DNA of 64,000 nt from an uncultured Candidatus Saccharibacteria bacterium (GTDB taxonomy: Bacteria; Patescibacteriota; Saccharimonadia; Saccharimonadales; CAIOMD01), in assembly GCA_963716565.1 (NCBI GenBank), contig OY970318.1, positions 580,284-644,283 of the forward strand. The letters are read 5' to 3'. The translations under genes and the position numbers were made by a program. The notes under the pieces are model-generated. The model did not search any database, had not been told where the DNA came from, and saw only the letters and a list, made by a program, of their open reading frames with translations. This document shows positions 1 through 7,752 of the stretch, in pieces. The first letter of the stretch is position 1, and every line of letters starts with the position of its first letter.

Positions 1-2
1 AG

Positions 3-626
3 TTGTGCCAAATAATTGAGACCTTAATTAAAAACGGCTACTCATTAGCCTGTATTGTGGGCGCTGGCAACTTAGTGAGGGGCAGGGACATGATGAACGC
101 CGGCTTTAGTAACCTGCTTACGGCCGACAAGATGGGGCTATTGGCCACCAACATAAACGGGCTATTCTTGTGTGAAATTTTAAAAGCGCGGGGCAACAAG
201 AATGTTAGCGTAGTCAGCGCCGTACCGGTAAAAGACATTCTAGATAACGCCGATTGGCCAAAAGTAAAACAGGCTCTAGACGGCGGGCAAACAGTATTAA
301 TTGCCGGCGGAACGGGCCGGCCAGGCTATTCAACCGATACAGGCCTACTAGAAGCAGCCAAATTACTAAACTGCCAAACAGTAGTAAAAGCCACTAAAGT
401 AGATGGGGTATACAACAAAGATCCGGCCAAATACCCAGAGGCCGTGCGCTACAAACAACTAACCTACAGGCAGGCCTTAGATAATCCAGAAATTAAAGTT
501 ATGGATAGAGAGGCTTTAGAGATTGCCGCCAAAAATAACATCCAAATTGCCGTTTGCCAAGCCGAGCCCAAAGCCGTACTAGCCGTATTAGGCGGTGACA
601 CTAAACAGGGAACCATTATCTCTTAA
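3..626 (+). CDS. pyrH: UMP kinase, N-terminus cut by window edge
   Basis: ORF open to the window start. It carries amino-acid-kinase/PyrH motifs GAGNLVRGRD, IAGGTGRPGYSTD and VDGVYNKDP. Confidence 0.9.
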   Translation: MCQIIETLIKNGYSLACIVGAGNLVRGRDMMNAGFSNLLTADKMGLLATNINGLFLCEILKARGNKNVSVVSAVPVKDILDNADWPKVKQALDGGQTVLIAGGTGRPGYSTDTGLLEAAKLLNCQTVVKATKVDGVYNKDPAKYPEAVRYKQLTYRQALDNPEIKVMDREALEIAAKNNIQIAVCQAEPKAVLAVLGGDTKQGTIIS

Positions 627-802
627 GCTTCGCCAAACACCAAGCCGAGGACGTAGTAGAGAATAACAAACAATAAAATCATTGATACGACGGCGGCGAT
701 TATGGCAGTTTGCCGATTATTGCCAGTCTTATTCATTAGCCAGTTATAGAACCAAGTACCGGCCGCCAAACAAACAAAAATAGCTATTACGGTGTTAGAC
801 AT
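623..802 (-). CDS. small two-helix membrane protein (59 aa, below ORF-track cutoff)
   Basis: Hand translation gives MSNTVIAIFVCLAAGTWFYNWLMNKTGNNRQTAIIAAVVSMILLFVILYYVLGLVFGEA. Its ATG (802-800) overlaps the TAA stop of the upstream HIT gene (TAATG). It fills an otherwise empty gap. Confidence 0.45.
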   Translation of the reverse strand: MSNTVIAIFVCLAAGTWFYNWLMNKTGNNRQTAIIAAVVSMILLFVILYYVLGLVFGEA

Positions 803-1206
803 TAATTTTCCTTTATTTTTAGTTCTTGAGCCATTTTATCCAGTTCTTCATCGCTAGCAATTGGTCCAGTACCAACCGGTACAGCATACACCGCCTTAGG
901 GTCATTAAACGGGATAAGATGCACGTGGGCGTGAGGCACTTCGGTGCCAACAATAACTACGCCAACCCGCTGGCAACCTAAAACCTTCCTTTGGTTTTGG
1001 GCTACTAACTTGGCAGTACGCCAAACCGCTTGGTAAACATCATCTGGCATATCTTCAAAATGGTCGATTTGCTGCTTGGGTATTACCAAGACATGACCGG
1101 GCTGAACGGGTTTGATGTCTAAGAAGGCCAGGGTAAGTTCATCTTCGTAAACTTTTTGGCAGGGAATTTGGCCGTTGATAATTTTGGTAAAAATAGACGG
1201 TTGCAT
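802..1206 (-). CDS. HIT-family (histidine triad) nucleotide hydrolase
   Basis: Histidine-triad motif HAHVHLIP and PGHVLVIPK loop; size 134 aa. Confidence 0.9.
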   Translation of the reverse strand: MQPSIFTKIINGQIPCQKVYEDELTLAFLDIKPVQPGHVLVIPKQQIDHFEDMPDDVYQAVWRTAKLVAQNQRKVLGCQRVGVVIVGTEVPHAHVHLIPFNDPKAVYAVPVGTGPIASDEELDKMAQELKIKEN

Positions 1207-1216
1207 AGCTAATAGT

Positions 1217-1286
1217 TTATAGGTTTTAGGTTGCAGGTACTAGGCGCAAAGCTAGAACCTAGCCACTAACACCTAGAACCTGATAA
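1217..1286. repeat. imperfect palindrome built from 7-nt TAGG-type units
   Basis: Left arm is ATAGGTT TTAGGTT GCAGGTA CTAGGCG; right arm is CTAGAAC CTAGCCA CTAACAC CTAGAAC CTGATAA. AGGTTTTAGGT (1221-1231) pairs with ACCTAGAACCT (1271-1281), and CTAGG (1240-1244) pairs with CCTAG (1258-1262). It lies between divergent gene starts at 1206 and 1297. Confidence 0.7.
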
Positions 1287-1296
1287 TATTATAACC

Positions 1297-2499
1297 ATGA
1301 GGATTTTACGCTGGGTCGCCACAAGATTGCTAGCCTTTGGTTTAAGTATCTTCTTAGCCCTTTTGTCGGTGTGTGCAATTGTTTATGCCACAGTTGGCAA
1401 CGCTGGTTTTATAAAATCGGTTTTTGATACTAGTGGCTTATACAACAACTTTGTGGATAGCGGACTAAAGCTGGCCTCGGTCAGTTTGGAGGGTGAAGAC
1501 GCTCAAGTTGGCCAGATTATTAGCGAGTTAACGCCTACGGTTAAAAAGGTAATCACTCCGCAATTCTTACAAACTAGCTCCGAAGAAATTATCGACGGCG
1601 CAGGCAATTGGCTAAAAGGCCAAACTGCCGTTCCGGAGTTTTCTATAGATACTGGCAGCATTAAAGCCGATTTAAACACCGAGCTGGTTACTTATTTAAG
1701 CCGGCGCATTGCAACCTTGCCAGATTGCCAAACTTACGCCGCTATTAACTCGCTAGATATTTTTACCACTAGCTGCAAGCCGCATATTCCTATCGACCAA
1801 CCCACTTATTTAGTAGCAGCCAATCAGTTTACGTCCGAAATACCGATTTTTGATAAAAACAGCTTAAGCTCATCGGAGCTTATAAAAAACACCAGCGACA
1901 GCATTTGGAAGACCGCACCTAGTGCCTATAAGTTCGTAAGATTGGCACCATATATTGCTGGTGGTTTGGTTTTAATATGCTCGGCCTTAATTATGATTAT
2001 CAGCGCCAATCGAGCCCGTTCTTTGCGCAGAATTGGCCATATCTTTGTTAGCAATGCCGCTATCTTATTAATCGCCGGCACCGTAATAACCATATTTTTG
2101 GGTCGTGGCGAAGTTAACTTTATTAATAGTGATAGCGTTGAACAAGTTACTTTTGCCAAAGAAATCATCGAGCCACTGATACATGGCATTGCTAAGACGT
2201 TTGGCAGCTGGCTGCTGTTTTTTGGTGTGGGCTATAGCCTAGTAGCTATAGCTTGTTATTTTGTAGCCCACTGGTTAGCCCACCGAAAAGATACCCCTGC
2301 AGATGCTAAACCCAAAAAAGCCAATCAGGAAGCCACCGCAGACCAGGTGACCGAACAGTCGGCCCCAGAAGAGCCTTCTTATGCAGAAGAAGTATTAGTT
2401 AGCAACGATCCACCGGTTTACAAAACAAGCTTTGACGATCCATCTAATAAACCAACCGCACCTGGCCCTCCGCCGCCAAAACCACCTTTGGTACAATAG
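1297..2499 (+). CDS. membrane protein, unknown function, Pro-rich C-terminal tail
   Basis: 400-aa ORF with an N-terminal TM helix, 3-4 further hydrophobic helices around residues 215-330, and a C-terminal PGPPPPKPP tail. No recognisable catalytic motif. Confidence 0.6.
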   Translation: MRILRWVATRLLAFGLSIFLALLSVCAIVYATVGNAGFIKSVFDTSGLYNNFVDSGLKLASVSLEGEDAQVGQIISELTPTVKKVITPQFLQTSSEEIIDGAGNWLKGQTAVPEFSIDTGSIKADLNTELVTYLSRRIATLPDCQTYAAINSLDIFTTSCKPHIPIDQPTYLVAANQFTSEIPIFDKNSLSSSELIKNTSDSIWKTAPSAYKFVRLAPYIAGGLVLICSALIMIISANRARSLRRIGHIFVSNAAILLIAGTVITIFLGRGEVNFINSDSVEQVTFAKEIIEPLIHGIAKTFGSWLLFFGVGYSLVAIACYFVAHWLAHRKDTPADAKPKKANQEATADQVTEQSAPEEPSYAEEVLVSNDPPVYKTSFDDPSNKPTAPGPPPPKPPLVQ

Positions 2500-2506
2500 T
2501 TAACTA

Positions 2507-2956
2507 ATGAGTACCGCCAAAAAAACATTTGTATTAATAGCGCTGATTGTGGCTATTATCTTGGTAGCCATCCTACTAAATAGCACCGGCTGCAAGGGTG
2601 ATAAATGCCAATCTGCCACCCCAGCGCCCGCTCCAACACCTACGACCCAACTAACCATAGCCCAACAAGTGACAGATACCGGTGGGACGCTAATCGATGT
2701 ACGCACGCCAGAAGAGTTTGCCGAATCTCATGCTAAAAATGCCATAAATCTGCCCCTAGTAGACATCCAGCATGGCATTTATCCAAACATTGCTAGAAAT
2801 CAGCCGATCTATGTATACTGTCGCACTGGTAGCCGGGCAAGACAGGCAGTAAGGATTCTAGAACAAAACGGGTTTATTAACACTACAGATATCGGTAGCT
2901 TGGCGGACTGGCAAAAACAGGGCGGCGAAGTGGTTAGTAGCGAGTTGCCAAGTTAG
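2507..2956 (+). CDS. membrane-anchored rhodanese-domain sulfurtransferase (paralog A)
   Basis: N-terminal TM helix, APAPTPT linker, and rhodanese core LIDVRTPEEF with active-site loop YCRTGSRA. Confidence 0.85.
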   Translation: MSTAKKTFVLIALIVAIILVAILLNSTGCKGDKCQSATPAPAPTPTTQLTIAQQVTDTGGTLIDVRTPEEFAESHAKNAINLPLVDIQHGIYPNIARNQPIYVYCRTGSRARQAVRILEQNGFINTTDIGSLADWQKQGGEVVSSELPS

Positions 2957-3019
2957 CAAGTTAGCAAGAAATCGAGTATTAAAACTTTTTTACTCGCCAA
3001 CTTGCTACTTGCAAACTAG
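2950..3019. repeat. long imperfect hairpin built from tandem AAGTTAGC units, overlapping the rhodanese stop codon
   Basis: The sequence is caagttagcaagttagcaag ... ccaacttgctacttgcaaac. Inner stem is cgagta (2973-2978)/tactcg (2991-2996). GCAAG (2964-2968) pairs with CTTGC (3001-3005). The TAG stop at 2954-2956 is part of the first repeat unit. Confidence 0.6.
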
Positions 3020-3108
3020 TAACTATTCCGTTGTAACGCCGTCAAAATCATGGTTATCGGCTTCGTAGCCATCTCTCATCCAATAAGCTCTGTTGATATT
3101 GAACGGTA

Positions 3109-3150
3109 TTGACACTATCTATTATGGGTATATACTCGTAATAGATAGTG
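3109..3150 (+). promoter_or_regulatory. sigma70-like promoter with a perfect 12-bp inverted-repeat operator bracketing the -10
   Basis: TTGACA (3109-3114), 16-nt spacer, TATACT (3131-3136). CACTATCTATTA (3113-3124) is the exact reverse complement of TAATAGATAGTG (3139-3150). Confidence 0.55.
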
Positions 3151-3192
3151 GTCGGTCTATCTAAATCCAACAATGAAAATAGGAGAATTATT

Positions 3193-3450
3193 ATGCCAAG
3201 ATTTGATGGTGCTGGCCCGCAAGGCCAAGGCCCAATGACTGGTCGCGGTATGGGCCCTTGTGGCCGTGGACGCGGTTTTAAGCGTGGCTGCCGCGGTTTT
3301 TACGGTTGCCCTTGGTGCGGAGCACAACCGGGCTTTTTATCTGACGAGGACGAGTTAAAAGCTTTAGAGCTAGATAAAAAATATCTGCAAGAGGAACTTA
3401 AGTCTCTAGACGAAGAAATCGCCAAGTTAAAAAAAGTCGAGAAAGAGTAA
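3193..3450 (+). CDS. DUF5320-like small protein (Gly/Arg/Cys-rich N-terminus, coiled-coil C-terminus)
   Basis: MPRFDGAGPQGQGPMTGRGMGPCGRGRG... followed by a heptad-rich tail. AGGAG lies at 3181-3185 ahead of ATG 3193, and the longer ORF-track start at 3148 lacks an SD. Confidence 0.7.
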   Translation: MPRFDGAGPQGQGPMTGRGMGPCGRGRGFKRGCRGFYGCPWCGAQPGFLSDEDELKALELDKKYLQEELKSLDEEIAKLKKVEKE

Positions 3451-3504
3451 AAGAAGGCGCGGTGCCCGGCCTATCTTTTGATAGGCTGGGTTGCCTTCTT
3501 TTAC
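3451..3504 (+). terminator. rho-independent terminator
   Basis: Nested stem: aagaaggc (3451-3458)/gccttctt (3493-3500) and cccggcctatc (3465-3475)/gataggctggg (3480-3490), followed by a T-rich run. Confidence 0.7.
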
Positions 3505-3542
3505 AAACTGTATTTTAAGCAAATTGTGAGAAAATTACTATT

Positions 3543-3953
3543 ATGTCCAGACCGCGTTCATGCAGACACATAGATTTTGACCCATCAGTTACCTATTTTA
3601 AGCCTCAGGGCGTACCGATGAGGTTTTTAGATATGGTTGAGTTATCGTTAGAAGAAGTCGAAGCTTTAAGATTAAAAAACATCGAAGACTTAGACCAAAC
3701 GCAGTGCGCTAAAAAGATGCACACTTCGCAAAGTACATTCCAGCGCATATTAACTTCGGCTTATAATAAGATTAGTTATGCTTTAATAGAAGGCAAGGCT
3801 ATTAAAATTATTAATAAAGAGGGGACGCATGAAAGTATTAAAGTTCGGAGCCATATGGTGCCTAGGATGCCTGGTAATGAAACCTCGCTGGGCCGAAATA
3901 GAACAAGAAAACACTTGGCTGAGCACCGAGTACCACGATTTCGACACCGATAA
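3543..3953 (+). CDS. DUF134 (UPF0251) putative DNA-binding protein
   Basis: N-terminal RPRSCRHIDFDPSVTYFKPQGVP signature and an HTH-like LSLEEVEALRLKNIEDLDQTQCAKKM segment. The last ~40 codons overlap the next gene and look like out-of-frame read-through. Confidence 0.7.
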   Translation: MSRPRSCRHIDFDPSVTYFKPQGVPMRFLDMVELSLEEVEALRLKNIEDLDQTQCAKKMHTSQSTFQRILTSAYNKISYALIEGKAIKIINKEGTHESIKVRSHMVPRMPGNETSLGRNRTRKHLAEHRVPRFRHR

Positions 3954-4098
3954 AGAGGCGGTTGATAAGTATGGCATCACCAATATTTTGCCGGTTTTTG
4001 TGTTTCTAGATAAAAATGGGCAAGAGTTTTTACGCCTAAATGGCGAGGTTTCTAAGAAAAAACTTGTTAAAATCTTAAACGAAAATAAGGATAAATAG
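3829..4098 (+). CDS. small thioredoxin-fold protein
   Basis: WCLGC (CxxC) redox motif near the N-terminus; 89 aa; GAGGGG lies upstream of the ATG. Confidence 0.75.
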   Translation: MKVLKFGAIWCLGCLVMKPRWAEIEQENTWLSTEYHDFDTDKEAVDKYGITNILPVFVFLDKNGQEFLRLNGEVSKKKLVKILNENKDK

Positions 4099-4101
4099 AC
4101 C

Positions 4102-5331
4102 ATTAAAGCCTTTCTTAAAATATTACTAATAGCTTTTATATTAAGTTTTGCGTGTTTTTTAAGTGGTTCTCCGGCAAAAGCTTCGGCCACTGTTAATGCC
4201 TACTTATTCCATGGCGAAACTTGCCCGCACTGCGCTAAAGAAAGAGCCTTTTTTGAAGATTATTTACCCTCTCACCCAGAAGTAAATTTGTATATGTACG
4301 AAGTATATAACAGCCCAGAAAACGCTGATTTGTTCCAGCGCGTCAGCGAAGCTATAAATGTTAAAGTAAGCGGTGTGCCGTTTTTGGTTATAGGGGACCA
4401 AGAAATTATTGGCTTCGGTGAATCCACTACGCCTAAAGAAATAGAAGACAGAATAGCTTATTGTTTGCAATATAGCTGCCCCGATTCGATAGCTGCAATC
4501 GTAAACCCTGTGGCTACTCCAACACCCACAGAAACTGAAAACCCCGTACTTACTCCAACCCCCGAACCACCTACTAACTCTAAAATAATCCACATACCTC
4601 TAATTGGCGATATTGATGCTTACCGGTATTCTTTGCCCTTGCTAACTGTACTTTTGGGCATTTTAGATGGCTTTAACCCCTGTGCCATGTGGACTCTATT
4701 GTTTTTAATTAGCTTACTGCTAGGCTTTAAAGACCGTAAAAAAATGTGGTTGCTTGGTGGAGCCTTTATATTCACTTCGGCTTTTGTTTATTTTGTATTT
4801 ATGGCCGCCTGGCTAAACGTATTTTTAATCGTCGACCAAGAAAGGTTACTGAACTTAATCATAGCGACCATAGCCTTAGTTGGCGGTGCGTACGGAATAA
4901 TGAGCTATTTTAAAAACAAAAACGGTGGCTGCGAGATAACCGGTAGCGAAAAAAGACAAGCCACGTTCGAGAAACTCAAAAACATCGTAAAACACAATAA
5001 TTTATGGATAGCTTTGGGTGGCATTATACTGCTGGCTTTTGTGGTCAATTTAGTCGAGCTGCTCTGTTCAACTGGGTTCCCAGCCGTTTACACCAAAGCT
5101 CTAACCGTCAGCAGCCTGCCTACTTGGCAATATTACGCTTATTTATTGCTCTATATTTTCTTCTTTATGCTAGATGATTTAATAATTTTTATAATTGCCA
5201 TGGTAACTCTCAAAATGACAGGCATATCTACTAAATATGGCCGTATATCTAAATTGGTAGGTGGCATAGCTATGATTATTATTGGCATCCTGTTAGCAAT
5301 TAAACCAGAGTGGCTCAAATTTGGAGGCTAA
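4102..5331 (+). CDS. exported thioredoxin-fold domain (CPHC) fused to a DsbD/CcdA-like membrane thiol-disulfide transporter; start codon non-canonical or unresolved
   Basis: The frame is open from the TAG at 4096-4098 and encodes a signal-like segment IKAFLKILLIAFILSFACFLSGSPAKASA plus GETCPHCAKE upstream of the first canonical start (TTG 4288). The membrane part has GFNPCAMW and ELLCSTGFP Cys motifs. AAGGA (4087-4091) sits 10 nt before ATT 4102. Confidence 0.65.
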   Translation: MKAFLKILLIAFILSFACFLSGSPAKASATVNAYLFHGETCPHCAKERAFFEDYLPSHPEVNLYMYEVYNSPENADLFQRVSEAINVKVSGVPFLVIGDQEIIGFGESTTPKEIEDRIAYCLQYSCPDSIAAIVNPVATPTPTETENPVLTPTPEPPTNSKIIHIPLIGDIDAYRYSLPLLTVLLGILDGFNPCAMWTLLFLISLLLGFKDRKKMWLLGGAFIFTSAFVYFVFMAAWLNVFLIVDQERLLNLIIATIALVGGAYGIMSYFKNKNGGCEITGSEKRQATFEKLKNIVKHNNLWIALGGIILLAFVVNLVELLCSTGFPAVYTKALTVSSLPTWQYYAYLLLYIFFFMLDDLIIFIIAMVTLKMTGISTKYGRISKLVGGIAMIIIGILLAIKPEWLKFGG

Positions 5332-5335
5332 CATT

Positions 5336-5782
5336 ATGTTTAAAAAGCTTATTTTGCCGGTTATAGTTGTTGGCGTAATTGCCGTAGGCATTGTTTTGGC
5401 TCTAAACAACGATTGCGAAGGCGAGCAATGCACGGTTGCCAATATCGCTGCTACGCCCACTCCAACGCCAACGGCTCAACAAACTATTGTCCAACAAGTT
5501 TCTGGCGGCCTAAGTGCTGGCGGATTATTGATTGATGTACGCACTCCAGAAGAATTTGCCGAAGCTTATGCTAAAGATGCCATTAACCTTGCTTTGACAG
5601 ATCTAGAAGCTGGCACGTATCCCGATATAGCCAAAGATACAGCTATTTATTTATACTGCCGCAGTGGCAATCGAGCCGAGCAAGCTAAAACAATTCTAGA
5701 ACAAGCTGGTTTTACCAACGCTATCAACATCGGTAGCTTAGCCGACTGGCAAGCCCAAGGCGGCGAAGTTATCAGCAGCTAA
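5336..5782 (+). CDS. membrane-anchored rhodanese-domain sulfurtransferase (paralog B)
   Basis: GGAGG (5322-5326) lies before ATG 5336. It has a TM helix, a TPTPTPT linker, LIDVRTPEEF and YCRSGNRA, and its C-terminus IGSLADWQAQGGEVISS is near-identical to paralog A. Confidence 0.85.
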   Translation: MFKKLILPVIVVGVIAVGIVLALNNDCEGEQCTVANIAATPTPTPTAQQTIVQQVSGGLSAGGLLIDVRTPEEFAEAYAKDAINLALTDLEAGTYPDIAKDTAIYLYCRSGNRAEQAKTILEQAGFTNAINIGSLADWQAQGGEVISS

Positions 5783-5789
5783 TGCTGCA

Positions 5790-5817
5790 GGAAATGGGAA
5801 TCAGGTAATAGGGAGCA
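5790..5817. repeat. G-type heptad array (GGAAATG GGAATCA GGTAATA GGGAGCA)
   Basis: Four in-phase 7-nt units starting 8 nt after the rhodanese stop. They are related to units at 43661-43688. Confidence 0.6.
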
Positions 5818-5842
5818 AAACGGCGATTATCTATTGGCCAAT

Positions 5843-5870
5843 GTCTATCATCTAGCGTCTAGCGTCTACT
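5843..5870. repeat. TCTA-type heptad array, 4 units (GTCTATC ATCTAGC GTCTAGC GTCTACT)
   Basis: Strict 7-nt period. The CTA of the last unit (5866-5868) is the TAG stop of the minus-strand cupin gene. Confidence 0.8.
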
Positions 5871-6264
5871 CCGTGGTGACGCCGTCAAAATCACCTTCAC
5901 TAGCTTCGGCGTCAGCTTTTGTAGCTCTGTGCTCGCCATCTTTGTGGTGAGCGGGTGAGTAAATTGTATAAAGTTTTAGCTCTTCAGTTGCAGAGGTGTT
6001 AACTACATTGTGCTGAGCGCCAGCCGGCACAACTACCGCCGAGCCATCAGCTACGGCATATTCGTTGCCATCAATGAATACCTTGCCCTGGCCTTTTTCG
6101 AAGCGAAAGAACTGATCGTTATCGGTATGAACTTCCATACCAATTTCTTCGTTGGGCTTTAACGACATCACGACTACTTGGCTGTGTTTGGCGGTATATA
6201 AAACTTTCCAAAAATTGGTATTTTCTAGTGTTGCTTGTTCAATGTTTTGACAAAATCCGCGCAT
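5866..6264 (-). CDS. cupin-domain protein
   Basis: Cupin motifs GMEVHTDNDQFFRFEKGQG and VVVPAGAQHNVVN. GGAGG lies before ATG 6264, and the ORF-track start 6276 is a TTG inside the SD. Confidence 0.8.
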   Translation of the reverse strand: MRGFCQNIEQATLENTNFWKVLYTAKHSQVVVMSLKPNEEIGMEVHTDNDQFFRFEKGQGKVFIDGNEYAVADGSAVVVPAGAQHNVVNTSATEELKLYTIYSPAHHKDGEHRATKADAEASEGDFDGVTTE

Positions 6265-6343
6265 TTTTACCTCCAATAATAAACTTTAATACTACTTACT
6301 ATACTAGCAGATTAATTAGAGTAAAACTCTCGCAAAAACTACT

Positions 6344-7078
6344 CTACTTGGATTTTTTGGCTGTCATAAGCTTTTCAACATCAGCTTTGGCTAGTTTTTT
6401 GGTACAGAAGAACCAGTCGTAGCATTGCATGTCTGCCTTATTGGCCATGCGTTCCTTAGCTACACCGCAAGAACCAGCCGTAGGCACAATAACATCGTCA
6501 CCCGGTTGCCAGTCGGCGGGGGTGGCAATGGCATAGGCATCAGCCGTCTGCAAACCAATTAATACCCTATAAATTTCGGCAAAGTTGCGACCCAAACTTA
6601 ATGGGTAATACAAAATGGTACGGATTACACCCTTAGGGTCAACAAAGAATACCGCCCTAACAGCCTTAGTATTACTTTCACCGGGCTGAATCATACCGTA
6701 TTTTTTGGCAACATCCATAGTAATGTTTTCTATAAGGGGGAACTTAACCTCGACATTTTTCATGCCTTTGTATTCGATTTTTTCTTTAATGGTTCTTAGC
6801 CAGGCAATGTGGCTATATAGGCCATCTACCGATAAGCCAACTAAATTACAGTTGGCATCATTAAATCTTTTCTCTTGGCTGGCAAAGGTCATGAATTCGC
6901 TCGTACAAACCGGCGTAAAATCGGCCGGGTGGCTAAACAAAATTACCCACTTGCCTTTGTAGTCGGCCGGGAAGTTAATTTCACCCTGCGTAGTAACAGC
7001 TTTAAATTCTGGTGCTTTTTCGCCAATACGTGGCATAGCGTAACATTCTTTTTGTTCTACTGGTTTTGGTTCGTCCAT
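6344..7078 (-). CDS. peroxiredoxin (Prx6/1-Cys-like subfamily with Cys-containing C-terminal extension)
   Basis: FSHPADFTPVCTSE peroxidatic-Cys motif; AAGGAG lies 7 nt before the ATG. Confidence 0.9.
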   Translation of the reverse strand: MDEPKPVEQKECYAMPRIGEKAPEFKAVTTQGEINFPADYKGKWVILFSHPADFTPVCTSEFMTFASQEKRFNDANCNLVGLSVDGLYSHIAWLRTIKEKIEYKGMKNVEVKFPLIENITMDVAKKYGMIQPGESNTKAVRAVFFVDPKGVIRTILYYPLSLGRNFAEIYRVLIGLQTADAYAIATPADWQPGDDVIVPTAGSCGVAKERMANKADMQCYDWFFCTKKLAKADVEKLMTAKKSK

Positions 7079-7096
7079 AGTTTTTCTCCTTATAAT

Positions 7097-7525
7097 TTAC
7101 TTCTTACACTTATTGCAAATGCCTTCTAAAACGACTCTTTTACGCACAATACGGCTAGCCCCAACCACTTCTTGCGGCAGTGGCAGAGCGTCGTATCGTA
7201 CACATTTAAAGTCCGTTATAGAACCACATTCAACGCAACGAAAATGATGATGGGGCAAAGTGCTAGCATCGTAGCGCTTTGGGTCGCCATGCCCCTCAAC
7301 AGATCCCAGCAAACCCTTTTGCACAAAAGTATTAAGCGTACGATTTACGGTATCAAATGATATAGCAGGGTACTGTTTCTTTAATTTTTGGTAAACGATT
7401 TCAGCGTTGGGATGGCTATAATCGTTGGCTAGCATTTCTAATACAGCCAGCCGCTGCGGAGTAACCCGTAAGCTAGCTGCCTGTAATTTATTAATCAAAT
7501 CTCCGACCATATTAATCATAGTCAT
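7097..7525 (-). CDS. Fur-family metalloregulator (PerR-like by context)
   Basis: RVTPQRLAVLEML winged helix, HHHFRCVECG and CNKCKK zinc motifs, adjacent to the peroxiredoxin. ATG 7525 is preferred over the TTG at 7558. Confidence 0.85.
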   Translation of the reverse strand: MTMINMVGDLINKLQAASLRVTPQRLAVLEMLANDYSHPNAEIVYQKLKKQYPAISFDTVNRTLNTFVQKGLLGSVEGHGDPKRYDASTLPHHHFRCVECGSITDFKCVRYDALPLPQEVVGASRIVRKRVVLEGICNKCKK

Positions 7526-7583
7526 TACTATATTGTAGCTATTCTTATTGTGCAACAAAAAAATAAAGCCCTAAGAGCTTTAT

Positions 7584-7674
7584 TGGCGGAGAGGGTGGGA
7601 TTCGAACCCACGATGCCATTGCTGACATACCGGTTTTCGAGACCAGCGCACTAGACCAGCTATGCGACCTCTCC
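7584..7674 (-). tRNA. tRNA-Ser (anticodon CGA), CCA encoded
   Basis: Acceptor GGAGAGG/CCTCTCC, anticodon loop CTCGAAA, long variable arm, T-loop GGTTCGAATCC. Confidence 0.85.
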
Positions 7675-7752
7675 GTAACAGAGGTAATTATAACACCTTC
7701 GCTTACTTAATCGGAACGGTATAACTATAAATCAGCCACTCTTTGGCGTAAT

